Shown: in pieces, positions 41,058 through 51,655 of the stretch
Layout: each line of letters opens with the position of its first letter
Position numbering within the stretch: the first letter of the stretch is position 1
Source: Sediminibacterium sp.
GTDB taxonomy: Bacteria; Bacteroidota; Bacteroidia; Chitinophagales; Chitinophagaceae
Direction: 5' to 3'
Assembly: GCA_030726065.1 (NCBI GenBank)
Contig: JANREK010000006.1
Location: 46,002-110,001, forward strand
DNA length: 64,000 bases
Program-made: the position numbers and the translations under genes
The notes under the pieces: generated by a model
What the model was told of the DNA's origin: nothing
Databases searched by the model: none
The model's input: only the letters and a program-made list of their open reading frames with translations

Positions 41058-42520
41058 TGAAAGAATTACAATCTATATTATTTGGAGTTGCACTTCGTGA
41101 AGTTGTTGGATCAACGAAGCAATTAATCAATGATATTCAGATTGATTCAAGAAAGGTGACACCATCATCTGTATTTGTTGCCATTAGCGGTGTTCAAGTA
41201 GATGGGCATCATTTTATTGACACTGCCATTGAAAAAGGAGCTACTGTTATTGTCTGCGAAAAATTACCTAGGGTAACAGTTCCAGTGGTTACCTACCTGA
41301 TGGTTGAAAATACAAGTATTGCTGTTGCCATTATGGCACATCAGTTTTATAACGAACCATCTAATAAAATAAAATTAGTGGGTATTACGGGTACCAATGG
41401 GAAAACGACGGCGGCGACTTTGTTGTTTAAATTATTTAAAGGTTTAGGGTATACCTGTGGTTTAATTAGCACTGTTGAAAATCACATTGCCGATACCATT
41501 GTTCCAGCGACGCATACCACACCTGATGCAATTCAATTAAATGCATTATTGGATAAAATGGTGCAAGCGGGTTGCACACATGTATTTGTGGAGGTAAGTA
41601 GTCATGCTATTCATCAACATCGCGTTACAGGATTAAATTTCACTGGCGGGGTATTTACAAATATTACACATGATCATTTAGACTATCATAAAACTTTCGA
41701 GGCTTATTTAGACGCTAAAAAAGCATTCTTTGATCATTTGCCCAATGCAGCATTTGCGATCACCAATTTAGATGATAAAAATGGTGCACAAATGTTAGCG
41801 GATACAAAAGCGAATAAGTTGACTTATGCATTACATGCACCAGCAACGTATAAAGGAAAAATATTAGAGAATCAATTGCATGGATTGGTATTGTTGGTGA
41901 ATGAAATTGAAGTGCATTGCAGGTTGATTGGCATTTTTAACGCCTATAACTTTTTAGCAGTGTATGGCGTTGCTATTCAGTTGAGTGAAAAATCGGAGGA
42001 GGTGTTAACCATACTAAGTGCGTTAACAGGTGCAGAAGGTAGGTTTGATTATATCATCGGACTTGATCAGCGTATTGGAATTGTTGATTATGCACATACG
42101 CCTGATGCATTAGAAAATGTATTAACTACAATTGCAAAATTAAGAAAGGGCGGAGAGGATGTCATTACAGTGGTTGGATGTGGTGGAGATAGAGATAAAA
42201 CGAAGCGTCCAATAATGGCACAAGTAGCTTGTGATTTAAGTACAAAAGTATTTTTCACAAGTGATAATCCTCGTTCCGAGGATCCTAATGAGATCATCAA
42301 GGATATGGAGCAGGGCTTGAGTAGTTCAGCAAAAAGGAAGTATATCAATATCGTGGATCGTAAAGAAGCAATAAAAGCGGCGGTGCGTTTTTCAAAACCT
42401 GGAGATATTATTTTAATTGCGGGAAAGGGGCATGAGAAATACCAAGATATTAAAGGTGTGAAACAACATTTTGATGATAAAGAAGTATTACAAAATTTAT
42501 TTAACGATTTAGCCAAATAA
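41057..42520 (+). CDS. murE: UDP-N-acetylmuramoyl-L-alanyl-D-glutamate--2,6-diaminopimelate ligase
   Basis: 487 aa. It has ITGTNGKTT, a DNPR motif ([10 protein letters not shown]) that points to a meso-DAP-type enzyme, and a TAATG overlap with ftsI. Confidence 0.93.
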   Translation: MKELQSILFGVALREVVGSTKQLINDIQIDSRKVTPSSVFVAISGVQVDGHHFIDTAIEKGATVIVCEKLPRVTVPVVTYLMVENTSIAVAIMAHQFYNEPSNKIKLVGITGTNGKTTAATLLFKLFKGLGYTCGLISTVENHIADTIVPATHTTPDAIQLNALLDKMVQAGCTHVFVEVSSHAIHQHRVTGLNFTGGVFTNITHDHLDYHKTFEAYLDAKKAFFDHLPNAAFAITNLDDKNGAQMLADTKANKLTYALHAPATYKGKILENQLHGLVLLVNEIEVHCRLIGIFNAYNFLAVYGVAIQLSEKSEEVLTILSALTGAEGRFDYIIGLDQRIGIVDYAHTPDALENVLTTIAKLRKGGEDVITVVGCGGDRDKTKRPIMAQVACDLSTKVFFTSDNPRSEDPNEIIKDMEQGLSSSAKRKYINIVDRKEAIKAAVRFSKPGDIILIAGKGHEKYQDIKGVKQHFDDKEVLQNLFNDLAK

Positions 42521-42527
42521 ACCTCCT

Positions 42528-43841
42528 ATGCTGTATCAATTATTTTCATGGTTAGACAAAACATTCAATATACCTGGATTAGGAGCATTCCAGTTTTTGA
42601 CATTCAGAATTGCCATGGCGATTTTATTGTCCTTATTCATTGCAACTGTTTATGGTAAAAAAATGATTTTATTTTTACAAAAAAAGCAAATTGGTGAAAG
42701 TGTACGTGAATTAGGTTTAGTGGGAGAGCAACAAAAAAAGGGAACGCCTACCATGGGAGGTATCATTATTTTGTTAAGCATCTTAATCCCAACTTTGTTA
42801 TTTGCCAATTTAGATAAGGTATATATCCGTTTAATGATTTTATGTACGGTTTGGTTGGGCTTCATTGGTTTTTTAGATGACTATTTTAAAATAAAAGCAA
42901 GAAAAGAATCTCAAAATAAAGGAGAAGCCTATAAAAAGAAAAATAGTGATGGATTAGCTGGTATTTCAAAAATTATTGGACAGGTTGGATTGGGAATTAT
43001 TATTGGGGTAACCTTATATTTTAGCAATGCAGTCACGGTGGAAAGAGAAATAGTATCAACCAATGTTTCTGGAAGCTTGGCCAAAGGAGAGAAGGCGGTA
43101 AAAGGTGCTGATATTGTTGTTAGAAAAATTAATGGAGAGGAAAGAAGGTTTGTAAAAGTTAAAACACCTATTACGACTATCCCATTCGTTAAAAATCATG
43201 AATTTAATTATAGCAGATTGGTCAGTTGGATTGGACCAGGTGCTGAAAAATTTACATGGATCATTTATATATTAATTGTCATATTTATTATCACTGCAGT
43301 CTCAAATGGTGCCAACTTAACAGACGGTCTTGACGGATTAGCAGCAGGGGTAAGTGCTATCATAGGTGCTGCATTAGGTGTATTTATATATGTAAGTGGT
43401 AACTATGTTTTCGCTGACTATTTAAATGTAATGTATATACCCAATTTAGGGGAGTTGTCCATATTTGTGGGTGCATTCGTAGGTGCTTGTATTGGTTTTT
43501 TATGGTACAATGCTTATCCAGCGCAGGTGTTCATGGGAGATACTGGAAGTTTGGCATTGGGCGGCATTATTGCATCATTAGCCATTATCGTTAGAAAAGA
43601 ATTATTGATCCCTATTTTTTGTGGTGTGTTTTTAATTGAAAACTTAAGTGTCATTATTCAAGTAAGTTATTTCAAATACACGAAAAAGAAGTTTGGTGAA
43701 GGACGCAGGGTGTTTTTAATGAGTCCACTGCACCATCATTACCAAAAGAAAGGATTTCATGAAAGTAAAATTGCAGTTCGTTTCTGGATCATTACGATTT
43801 TATTAGTGGTTGCTTCCATCTTAACATTAAAAACAAGATAA
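42528..43841 (+). CDS. mraY: phospho-N-acetylmuramoyl-pentapeptide transferase
   Basis: 437 aa. It has [17 protein letters not shown] and [11 protein letters not shown] motifs, plus a cytoplasmic insertion of about 70 aa ([11 protein letters not shown]...VKNHEF) relative to the E. coli-length enzyme. Confidence 0.93.
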   Translation: MLYQLFSWLDKTFNIPGLGAFQFLTFRIAMAILLSLFIATVYGKKMILFLQKKQIGESVRELGLVGEQQKKGTPTMGGIIILLSILIPTLLFANLDKVYIRLMILCTVWLGFIGFLDDYFKIKARKESQNKGEAYKKKNSDGLAGISKIIGQVGLGIIIGVTLYFSNAVTVEREIVSTNVSGSLAKGEKAVKGADIVVRKINGEERRFVKVKTPITTIPFVKNHEFNYSRLVSWIGPGAEKFTWIIYILIVIFIITAVSNGANLTDGLDGLAAGVSAIIGAALGVFIYVSGNYVFADYLNVMYIPNLGELSIFVGAFVGACIGFLWYNAYPAQVFMGDTGSLALGGIIASLAIIVRKELLIPIFCGVFLIENLSVIIQVSYFKYTKKKFGEGRRVFLMSPLHHHYQKKGFHESKIAVRFWIITILLVVASILTLKTR

Positions 43842-43845
43842 TACA

Positions 43846-45186
43846 TTGTCTAAAAGATTAGTCATATTAGGTGCAGGGGAAAGCGGAATAGGTACTGCTT
43901 TATTAGCCAAGCAAAAAGGCTATGAAGTATTTGTATCTGATGGAAGCGCCATTAAAGCTCATTTCCAAAAAGAGTTGGAGGATAATGGTATTACTTTTGA
44001 GTCTGGAAAGCATAGTGTTGATCAAATTTTAAATGCGGACGAGGTAATGAAAAGTCCGGGTATCCCTGAAAAAAATGAGATGGTGAAGGCGATCAGAGCC
44101 AAAGGTATTCCCGTGATTAGTGAAATTGAATTTGGATATAGATATAAAGGCTTTAGTAAAATTGCCGCCATCACTGGTAGCAATGGAAAGAGCACTGCCA
44201 CTTCATTATTATATCATATTTGTCAATTGGTGAATGATGATGTAGCCATGGTAGGTAATATTGGATTTTCATTTGCGAGACAAATCGCTATTGCGCCTAA
44301 ATCCTTATACATTATTGAAGTAAGCTCATTTCAATTAGATGATATCATACATTTCAAACCTGATATCGCTATTTTATTAAATATCACAGAAGATCATTTA
44401 GACAGATACGAGTACAAATTCGAAAACTATATTAAAAGCAAGTTTCGAATTATTGAAAATCAAACTGCACAGGATTATTTTATTTACTGCATTGACGACG
44501 AAGTCATTGTTAAACATTTAGAACTACTAACTACTAATACTAACCCATTACCATTTTCTATGAAACAAGAAGTAAAAAAAGGAGGCTACATCAAAAACGA
44601 CCAAATGATGTTGAAAATCCAAGAAGAACGCGTGTCGATGAGTATTTATGATTTTGCATTAAAAGGCAAGCATAATGCTTATAATACAATGGCAGCAAGC
44701 ATTGCTGCAACTACTTTGGGAATTCGCAAGGAAAAAATCCGCGAAGCCGTAAGTAATTTTCATAGCCTTGAACACCGCATGGAATTTGTGGCAACTGTTC
44801 GTGGTGTTGACTTTGTAAATGACAGTAAAGCAACCAATGTAAACAGTACTTGGTATGCATTAGAGAGCATGCAAAAATCAACTGTGCTAATTTTAGGCGG
44901 TGTGGATAAAGGAAACGACTATGAATTAATTGCTGAATTAGTGAAAGAGAAAGTAAAGGCAATTATTTGCATGGGTACTGATAACAAAAAGATCATTGAC
45001 TTTTTTGGAGATAAAGTAGCTTCGATTGTAGAAGCAGATTCTGCAAAAAAAGCAGTGACTGCAGCTTTTAAGTTAGCTGAAAAAGGAGATGTTGTTTTGT
45101 TAAGCCCAGCATGTGCAAGTTTTGACTTATTTAAAAACTATGAGGATAGAGGTGTTCAATTTAAAGAGTCAGTAAAAGAATTATAA
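43846..45186 (+). CDS. murD: UDP-N-acetylmuramoylalanine--D-glutamate ligase
   Basis: 446 aa with a TTG start. It has GAGESG (Rossmann), ITGSNGKST and DSKATN motifs. Confidence 0.93.
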   Translation: MSKRLVILGAGESGIGTALLAKQKGYEVFVSDGSAIKAHFQKELEDNGITFESGKHSVDQILNADEVMKSPGIPEKNEMVKAIRAKGIPVISEIEFGYRYKGFSKIAAITGSNGKSTATSLLYHICQLVNDDVAMVGNIGFSFARQIAIAPKSLYIIEVSSFQLDDIIHFKPDIAILLNITEDHLDRYEYKFENYIKSKFRIIENQTAQDYFIYCIDDEVIVKHLELLTTNTNPLPFSMKQEVKKGGYIKNDQMMLKIQEERVSMSIYDFALKGKHNAYNTMAASIAATTLGIRKEKIREAVSNFHSLEHRMEFVATVRGVDFVNDSKATNVNSTWYALESMQKSTVLILGGVDKGNDYELIAELVKEKVKAIICMGTDNKKIIDFFGDKVASIVEADSAKKAVTAAFKLAEKGDVVLLSPACASFDLFKNYEDRGVQFKESVKEL

Positions 45187-45188
45187 GC

Positions 45189-46505
45189 ATGTTCAACGAG
45201 ACCACGGATAAATTATTTTCACAAATGCCTTCGATTGGAGGTATGAAGGAGCATTTGGACCAAAGAACAAGGGGTGATAAATACATATGGGGGTTAGTCA
45301 TTGTATTATCATTGATATCTATACTGGTCGTGTATAGTGCAACAGGTTCTTTGGCCTATAAAATGTACCGTGGTAACACAAGCGTTTATTTATTTAAGCA
45401 AGTGATATTTACTTTGGTGGGTTTGCTGGTCATTTTTGGCTTGCACCGGATCAATTATACGGTGTTTTCAAGAATTGCAACCATATTATTCATGTTTTCA
45501 ATTCCATTATTAATTTATACTTTATTTTTTGGTGCAAAAATAAATGATGGAAGTAGATGGATTAAATTACCCATTATCAATTTGACCATACAGAGTAGTG
45601 ATGTAGCAAAACTTGCTTTGTTTATGTATATATCAAAGGTGTTAAGTAAAAAGCAAGAAGTGATAAAGGATTTTAAGAAAGGATTTTTGCCTATTATTAT
45701 TCCTGTATTCATTATTTGCGGATTAATCATGCCAGCAAATTTGTCTAATGCCTTATTAACGGGGGCTACTTCATTGTTGCTGATGTTTATAGGTAGGGTG
45801 AATTTCAAGCATATTTTATTGACCATTTTGGTTGCGATGATTCCTGTGGCAATTATTGTGGGTGTAGCCATAGCGACACACTCCAGTAAATCGGTGGAAG
45901 GACAGCAAGTGGTTGCTGAAAAAATGAAAAGTTTTGGTCGCATTGGCACTTGGGTAAATCGTGTGCAGGATTTTATGTACGCCAACGAAAGGGAAGTTCC
46001 TTACCAAGTGCAACAAGCAAAAATTGCCATTGCTAATGGAGGTATCTTTTTCGGACTTGGTCCTGGCAATAGTCGGCAAAGAAATTTTTTACCGCAAGCG
46101 TATAATGATTTTATATATGCGGTTATTATTGAAGAGTATGGATTAATTGGCGGCGCATTCATCATCTTTATTTATTTGGTTTTTTTATTTAGATGTATTC
46201 GAATTTTTAGAAGATGTCCTTATGCTTTTGGTGCTTTTTTAGCACTCGGGTTGAGTTTTACATTAATCATTCAAGCCATTGCAAATATGGCAGTGAATGT
46301 CAATATTGTTCCAGTGACAGGGGTGACATTGCCATTAGTAAGTATGGGTGGAAGCTCCTTTATATTTACTTGTTGCGCTATTGGATTGATATTAAGTGTC
46401 GCACGAAATGTGGAACAAATGGAAGGGAAGGCGCCAGTAGAAACTGAAATTGAATTACCTGACGAAAACACGGAGATAAGCAATGGCGTTAAGTCCGCAA
46501 TATAA
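45189..46505 (+). CDS. ftsW: SEDS-family peptidoglycan glycosyltransferase FtsW
   Basis: 438 aa. It has about 10 transmembrane helices and SEDS motifs (PEAHTDFIFAV equivalent: PQAYNDFIYAVIIEEYG; LPLVSMGGSS). Confidence 0.9.
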   Translation: MFNETTDKLFSQMPSIGGMKEHLDQRTRGDKYIWGLVIVLSLISILVVYSATGSLAYKMYRGNTSVYLFKQVIFTLVGLLVIFGLHRINYTVFSRIATILFMFSIPLLIYTLFFGAKINDGSRWIKLPIINLTIQSSDVAKLALFMYISKVLSKKQEVIKDFKKGFLPIIIPVFIICGLIMPANLSNALLTGATSLLLMFIGRVNFKHILLTILVAMIPVAIIVGVAIATHSSKSVEGQQVVAEKMKSFGRIGTWVNRVQDFMYANEREVPYQVQQAKIAIANGGIFFGLGPGNSRQRNFLPQAYNDFIYAVIIEEYGLIGGAFIIFIYLVFLFRCIRIFRRCPYAFGAFLALGLSFTLIIQAIANMAVNVNIVPVTGVTLPLVSMGGSSFIFTCCAIGLILSVARNVEQMEGKAPVETEIELPDENTEISNGVKSAI

Positions 46506-47592
46506 AAACATACGCATCATCATCGCTGGTGGCGGTACCGGAGGGCATATTTTCCCTGCGATAGCGGTAGCGCAAGCGATTCAGAAAATACAACCAGATG
46601 CGGCTATATTATTTGTGGGTGCACTGGGTAAAATGGAAATGGAGAAAGTGCCACAATCAGGGTATGAGATTATAGGCATCACTATTGCAGGATTTAATAG
46701 AACTAATCTATTTAAAAACTTTTCCTTGCCTTGGAAATTATTGAAGAGTTATTTTCAAGTGAAGGCGATTATAAAAAATTTCAAACCCAATGCCGTTTTT
46801 GGTGTGGGTGGCTATTCTAGCTTTCCCGTTTTGAAACAAGCGCAAACAAAATCAATACTTACATTTATTCACGAGTCAAACGCATTTGCGGGTAAAGCAA
46901 ATCAATGGTTAGGTGCTGATGCTACACAAATATTCACAGGAACAAAAGGGATGGAGTCATTTTTCCCTGCTGATAAAATATTGGTAACAGGCAATCCAGT
47001 GAGACAAAATATTATCAATACTTCCTATAGTAAAAATAATGCAGTGTTGCATTTTGGTTTAATGCCGAATAAAAAAACGGTATTAATCGTAGGCGGAAGT
47101 TTGGGCGCAAGCTCCATTAATAAAGCCATCCAAGGTAATTTGGCCGCATTTTTAGAAGCTAACATACAGTTGATTTGGCAAACTGGTAAACCGAATGCTG
47201 CCGCTTATGTAACTGCAGCAAATGATTATGCCAATGTTTATGTGAGTTCCTTTATTGATGATATGAGCGCCGCATATACTGCTGCAGATATTGTGGTAAG
47301 CAGATCGGGTGCGATGGCGGTGGCTGAAATTTCAATCACAGGCAAGGCGGCAATTTTTGTACCCTATCCACATGCAGCTGAGGATCACCAAACCTATAAT
47401 GCTTTGGCACTCGTGGACAATGGTGCTGCGAAAATGGTCAAAGACAATGACGTGAATCAACATCTGATTCCTTTATTACAAAGTTTGACGCAGGATGATC
47501 AAAGTAGGCACTTGATGGAAGAAAAAATAAAAGCATATGCATTTACAAATGCAGATCAAGTGATTGCTGAGCAAATACTACAACATATTTAA
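46483..47592 (+). CDS. murG: undecaprenyldiphospho-muramoylpentapeptide beta-N-acetylglucosaminyltransferase
   Basis: 369 aa. It has GGGTGGHIFPA and a GT28 C-terminal domain (SRSGAMAVAEI). It overlaps ftsW by 23 nt. Confidence 0.93.
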   Translation: MALSPQYKNIRIIIAGGGTGGHIFPAIAVAQAIQKIQPDAAILFVGALGKMEMEKVPQSGYEIIGITIAGFNRTNLFKNFSLPWKLLKSYFQVKAIIKNFKPNAVFGVGGYSSFPVLKQAQTKSILTFIHESNAFAGKANQWLGADATQIFTGTKGMESFFPADKILVTGNPVRQNIINTSYSKNNAVLHFGLMPNKKTVLIVGGSLGASSINKAIQGNLAAFLEANIQLIWQTGKPNAAAYVTAANDYANVYVSSFIDDMSAAYTAADIVVSRSGAMAVAEISITGKAAIFVPYPHAAEDHQTYNALALVDNGAAKMVKDNDVNQHLIPLLQSLTQDDQSRHLMEEKIKAYAFTNADQVIAEQILQHI

Positions 47593-47631
47593 AAATCAGT
47601 ATAGAAATAGTAATAATTAATTGATCTAATA

Positions 47632-49011
47632 ATGAATACGCAAATAATTAATCCACTAACGAATATAAAAAACATCTATTTCATAGGAATTGGTGGTATT
47701 GGTATGAGTGCCTTAGCTAGGTATTTTAACACACAGGGCGTGCATGTTTCTGGTTATGATAAAACACCCACTTTATTGACGGATGATTTAGTGAAGGAAG
47801 GGATACAAATTCACTTTGAAGATGATTTAAATCAAATGGACAAAGCAGCTACTGTTGTTGTTTATACACCTGCCATTCCTGCGGATCATGGGGAATTAAA
47901 TTATTACAGAGATCATGGTTATAATGTAGTTAAGCGTAGTGATGTTTTACAATGGGTGACTGAAAATGCATTCACTATTGGTATTGCTGGTACCCATGGA
48001 AAAACTACGACCACTTCAATGACAGCGCATATTTTAAGACATACTGAATATGGCTGTAATGCATTTTTAGGGGGCATTCCTTCTAATTATAATACCAATT
48101 TTTGGAGCCATGAAAAAAATGTAGTGGTTGTGGAAGCGGATGAATATGATCGTAGTTTTTTAAAATTATCCCCAAATATTGCGGTCATTACTGCAGTGGA
48201 TCCGGATCATTTAGATATTTATGGCACAGCGGAAGAGGTATTGAAAGCATTTGGGCAATATGCGGATAAGATTAAGCCAGGGGGTACATTGATTCAAAAA
48301 ATGGGAACAACGGTGGTGACCAATTCGGATAATAAATCGATTCAAACTTATGGGTATGATAAAAACGATGCATCTTATCACACACAAAATTTAAAAGTGG
48401 TGGATGGTTCTTATATTTTTGATTTAGTGCATCCAGGGGGTGTTTTGAAGGAAGTGGTTTTGAACATGGGTGGCTTGCACAATGTTGAAAATGCAACTGC
48501 CGCAATTGCAATTGCATTAAGCTTAGGTATTGATGAAAATAAAATCAAGTTGGCGGTTGCAAATTTCAAAGGAGTAAAGCGTCGCTTTGAGTATAAGGTT
48601 AAAACAGCGAATAAGGTTTTGATTGACGATTATGCGCATCATCCAGAAGAATTAAATGCATTAATAGCTGGTGTGAGAAGTATTTATCCTGGCGAAAAGA
48701 TGGTTTTGGTTTTTCAACCACACTTATATAGCCGCACGCAGGATCAATGTGAGGGCTTTGTTGAAACATTGGATAAAGCAGATGAAGTTATTTTATTACC
48801 TATTTATCCAGCAAGGGAATTACCCATCCCCGGCGTTACGAGTGATATGTTGGTTGAGAAAATGAGTATTTCAAAAAAACAAGTAATGTCAAAAGAAGCA
48901 TTGTTGGCATGGGCGGCAACCACACCTGATAAGCTAATTGTGATGGCAGGCGCTGGAGATATAGATGTTTGTATCAATACTATTAAAGACCTTCTTATAT
49001 CTACCAAATGA
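47632..49011 (+). CDS. murC: UDP-N-acetylmuramate--L-alanine ligase
   Basis: 459 aa. It has FIGIGGIGMSALA, AGTHGKTTTT and DDYAHHP motifs. Confidence 0.93.
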   Translation: MNTQIINPLTNIKNIYFIGIGGIGMSALARYFNTQGVHVSGYDKTPTLLTDDLVKEGIQIHFEDDLNQMDKAATVVVYTPAIPADHGELNYYRDHGYNVVKRSDVLQWVTENAFTIGIAGTHGKTTTTSMTAHILRHTEYGCNAFLGGIPSNYNTNFWSHEKNVVVVEADEYDRSFLKLSPNIAVITAVDPDHLDIYGTAEEVLKAFGQYADKIKPGGTLIQKMGTTVVTNSDNKSIQTYGYDKNDASYHTQNLKVVDGSYIFDLVHPGGVLKEVVLNMGGLHNVENATAAIAIALSLGIDENKIKLAVANFKGVKRRFEYKVKTANKVLIDDYAHHPEELNALIAGVRSIYPGEKMVLVFQPHLYSRTQDQCEGFVETLDKADEVILLPIYPARELPIPGVTSDMLVEKMSISKKQVMSKEALLAWAATTPDKLIVMAGAGDIDVCINTIKDLLISTK

Positions 49012-50123
49012 AGCAATGGCAAAACATATTGATTAAAACTTTGTGGAGCATTGCCGGTGCAGCACTTATATTTTTACTTGTGATTGCTTGGAAAGCCAAA
49101 GTAGCTAAAAAATTATCGCAAATACAAGTAGAATTGGTAGGCGAAACGACCAAGGCTTTATTCATGGATGAAAATGAAATCACTCAAATATTAAAAGACC
49201 AAGGGGTTGTCAAAGGTACCATTGTTGAACGCATAAATTTAACATCGATTGAACAAGAGTTGGAAAAAATAAGGTGGATAAAAAATGCAGAATTGTTTAT
49301 TAATAACCAACAATTATTAGAAGTTAAAATCCAACAAAGAATTCCGATTGCACGAGTTTTTACAGTTTCGGGAAGCTCCTTTTATACAGATGATCAAGGT
49401 TGGCGCTTACCTTTAAAACAGCTAACCGTGCTGCGTTTGCCCGTTTTTACAGGTTTCCCAACCGATCAAGATAATTTATCAGCGCCAGATAGTTTACTAC
49501 TAAATGAAGTACTCTTTTTTTCAAATACGATTAAAACGGATAGCTTTTTTACTGCGCAAATTGCACAAGTAAATATCGGGTCCAATGGTGATTTTCAAAT
49601 GGTCCCTAGTTTAGGGGATCATACCGTTTTAATAGGGTCGGTGGATAATTTGGCTGATAAATTAAATCGCTTATATACTTTCTATAAAAAAGTGTGGGTA
49701 CAAAGTGGGATCAATGCCTATCAGGTATTGGATTGCAGATTTGACGGACAAATTGTTGCCCTAAAAAAGGGAATGGAGCCTATTCAATATGCGCCAGGTA
49801 TGATGCCATTTCAAAATTCGGTATTGGCTACAATGGATAACGGGTTAACGAACGCTGATACTGCAACAGCGCTGGTTATCAAAGATACCTTGAAGAAAGT
49901 AACGCCCATGGCTATAAAAAAAGAAGTCAAATTAGTTGAAAATAAACTGGCTAATAAGCCCGCAGTTAAAGTGGCTGCAAATAAAAAAAGCACCCCAATA
50001 AAAATCAACAAACAAATCAAGAAAAAAGACAATAAACAAAACAATAAATCGTTAATTAATAAGAAGAAATCAGCGAAGGCTTTAATGCCAACAAAGACCA
50101 CTTCTAAGAACAACAACAACTAA
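49008..50123 (+). CDS. ftsQ: cell division protein FtsQ (POTRA domain) with a K/N-rich C-terminal tail
   Basis: 371 aa. It has an N-terminal transmembrane segment and a POTRA-like region, and sits between murC and ftsA with an ATGA overlap with murC. The last 70 aa or so are low-complexity and basic. Confidence 0.7.
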   Translation: MKQWQNILIKTLWSIAGAALIFLLVIAWKAKVAKKLSQIQVELVGETTKALFMDENEITQILKDQGVVKGTIVERINLTSIEQELEKIRWIKNAELFINNQQLLEVKIQQRIPIARVFTVSGSSFYTDDQGWRLPLKQLTVLRLPVFTGFPTDQDNLSAPDSLLLNEVLFFSNTIKTDSFFTAQIAQVNIGSNGDFQMVPSLGDHTVLIGSVDNLADKLNRLYTFYKKVWVQSGINAYQVLDCRFDGQIVALKKGMEPIQYAPGMMPFQNSVLATMDNGLTNADTATALVIKDTLKKVTPMAIKKEVKLVENKLANKPAVKVAANKKSTPIKINKQIKKKDNKQNNKSLINKKKSAKALMPTKTTSKNNNN

Positions 50124-50141
50124 CAACTAAAATACATAAAA

Positions 50142-51539
50142 ATGAGTCAAAATGATTCGCCCATCATTGTGGGTCTAGATATTGGTACCACAAAGATTGC
50201 GGCTATAGCTGGCAGAAAAAATGAGTTTAGCAAATTAGAGATCTTGGGCTTTGGCCGTGCCAACAGTAATGGGGTACAACATGGTCAAGTGTTAAATATT
50301 GATCAAACTATTAAGGCAATTCAACAAGCACTTCAAAATTGTCAATTAAGCAATCCTGATTTAGAAATCAATGAAGTATTTGTAGGTATTGCAGGTCATC
50401 ATATTAAAAGTTTACAAACAAGGGGTGACATGGTTCGTCAGGATGCGGAGAACGAAATTCAACCTTGGGAAATTGAGCAATTAATCAACAACCAACGCAA
50501 AACATTTATTCCAGCGGGGGATCAAATTATTGACGTTATACCACAAGAGTTTCATGTTGACAATAACCCAAATGTGAAAGAGCCAGTTGGCGTGAATGGG
50601 GTAAAAGTGGGTGCAAATTTTTTAATCCTAACTGGGGACAGAAATGCAATTCGCAATATCAATCGTTCGGTGGAGCGTAGTGGTTTAGTGACGAAGGATT
50701 TAGTATTACAACCCTTAGCTTCTGCAAGTGCGGTTATGAGTGATATCGATTTAGAAGCGGGTGTGGCAATCTTAGATATTGGTGGTGGCACCAGTGATTT
50801 GGCCGTATTTTATGATGGCATCTTGAAGCATACTGCAGTAATACCATTCGGTGGCGAAAATATTACTAATGATATTCGACTTGGTTTAGGTGTTTTGAAA
50901 AGTCAAGCAGAGGCAATGAAAGTCCAGTTTGGAAGCGCTTTGGCAGATGAGGCAAAAGCTAATGCTTATGTCACAATTCCAGGTTTAAAAGGAATGCCAG
51001 CAAAAGAAATCAGTGTGAAAAGTTTGGCAGGAATTATCCAGGCTAGAATGAGTGAAATATTGGATTTTGTCACTTACCATTTAAAGCAAGTGGGTTTGGA
51101 TAGTCGTCAATTAAATGGCGGTGTGATATTGACTGGTGGCGGATCTCAATTAAAGCACCTGATTCAATTAACCGAGTATATCACTGGTTTAAATGCAAGA
51201 ATTGGATTGCCTAATGAACATTTAGCACCTAATCATATAGATGAGTTAAAAAAGCCAATGTATTCAACATGTATTGGATTAATCTTGAAAGGCTATAACG
51301 ATTTTGAACAAAATTATAAGGTATTTGCTGAAAACTTTAAAAGAGTGGAAGTGCCTAAATCATTGACTGTAAATAACACCAATGGTGCCAATACTTTAAC
51401 GAGTCAAAAAGTGGAAAAAGCAGCACCAGCAACTACTTTATCAGTAGAACAAATTGAAAGAAGAAAGAGCAAATTTTGGGATCGCTTTAAGAATAACTTG
51501 ATTGAAATATTTAATGAGGAACCTGACAAACCTTTGTAA
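50142..51539 (+). CDS. ftsA: cell division protein FtsA
   Basis: 465 aa. It has the actin-fold motifs (VGLDIGTTKI, DIGGGTSDLAV, LTGGGSQL). Confidence 0.93.
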   Translation: MSQNDSPIIVGLDIGTTKIAAIAGRKNEFSKLEILGFGRANSNGVQHGQVLNIDQTIKAIQQALQNCQLSNPDLEINEVFVGIAGHHIKSLQTRGDMVRQDAENEIQPWEIEQLINNQRKTFIPAGDQIIDVIPQEFHVDNNPNVKEPVGVNGVKVGANFLILTGDRNAIRNINRSVERSGLVTKDLVLQPLASASAVMSDIDLEAGVAILDIGGGTSDLAVFYDGILKHTAVIPFGGENITNDIRLGLGVLKSQAEAMKVQFGSALADEAKANAYVTIPGLKGMPAKEISVKSLAGIIQARMSEILDFVTYHLKQVGLDSRQLNGGVILTGGGSQLKHLIQLTEYITGLNARIGLPNEHLAPNHIDELKKPMYSTCIGLILKGYNDFEQNYKVFAENFKRVEVPKSLTVNNTNGANTLTSQKVEKAAPATTLSVEQIERRKSKFWDRFKNNLIEIFNEEPDKPL

Positions 51540-51655
51540 TATTATTTACCCACATTGTGGTTATAAATATCAAGTAGAATAAATTCTAGAATTACTAATT
51601 TCGACATAACTAACTAACAACTAACCATCTAACTAACCCATTTAAAAACAAAAAA

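Noticed and set aside
51605-51640. TAACTAAC / CTAAC units resembling the eukaryotic intron branch-point UACUAAC
   Set aside because: The context is bacterial and intergenic, with no splice-site or group I/II intron structure. I interpret it as a G-poor leader instead.
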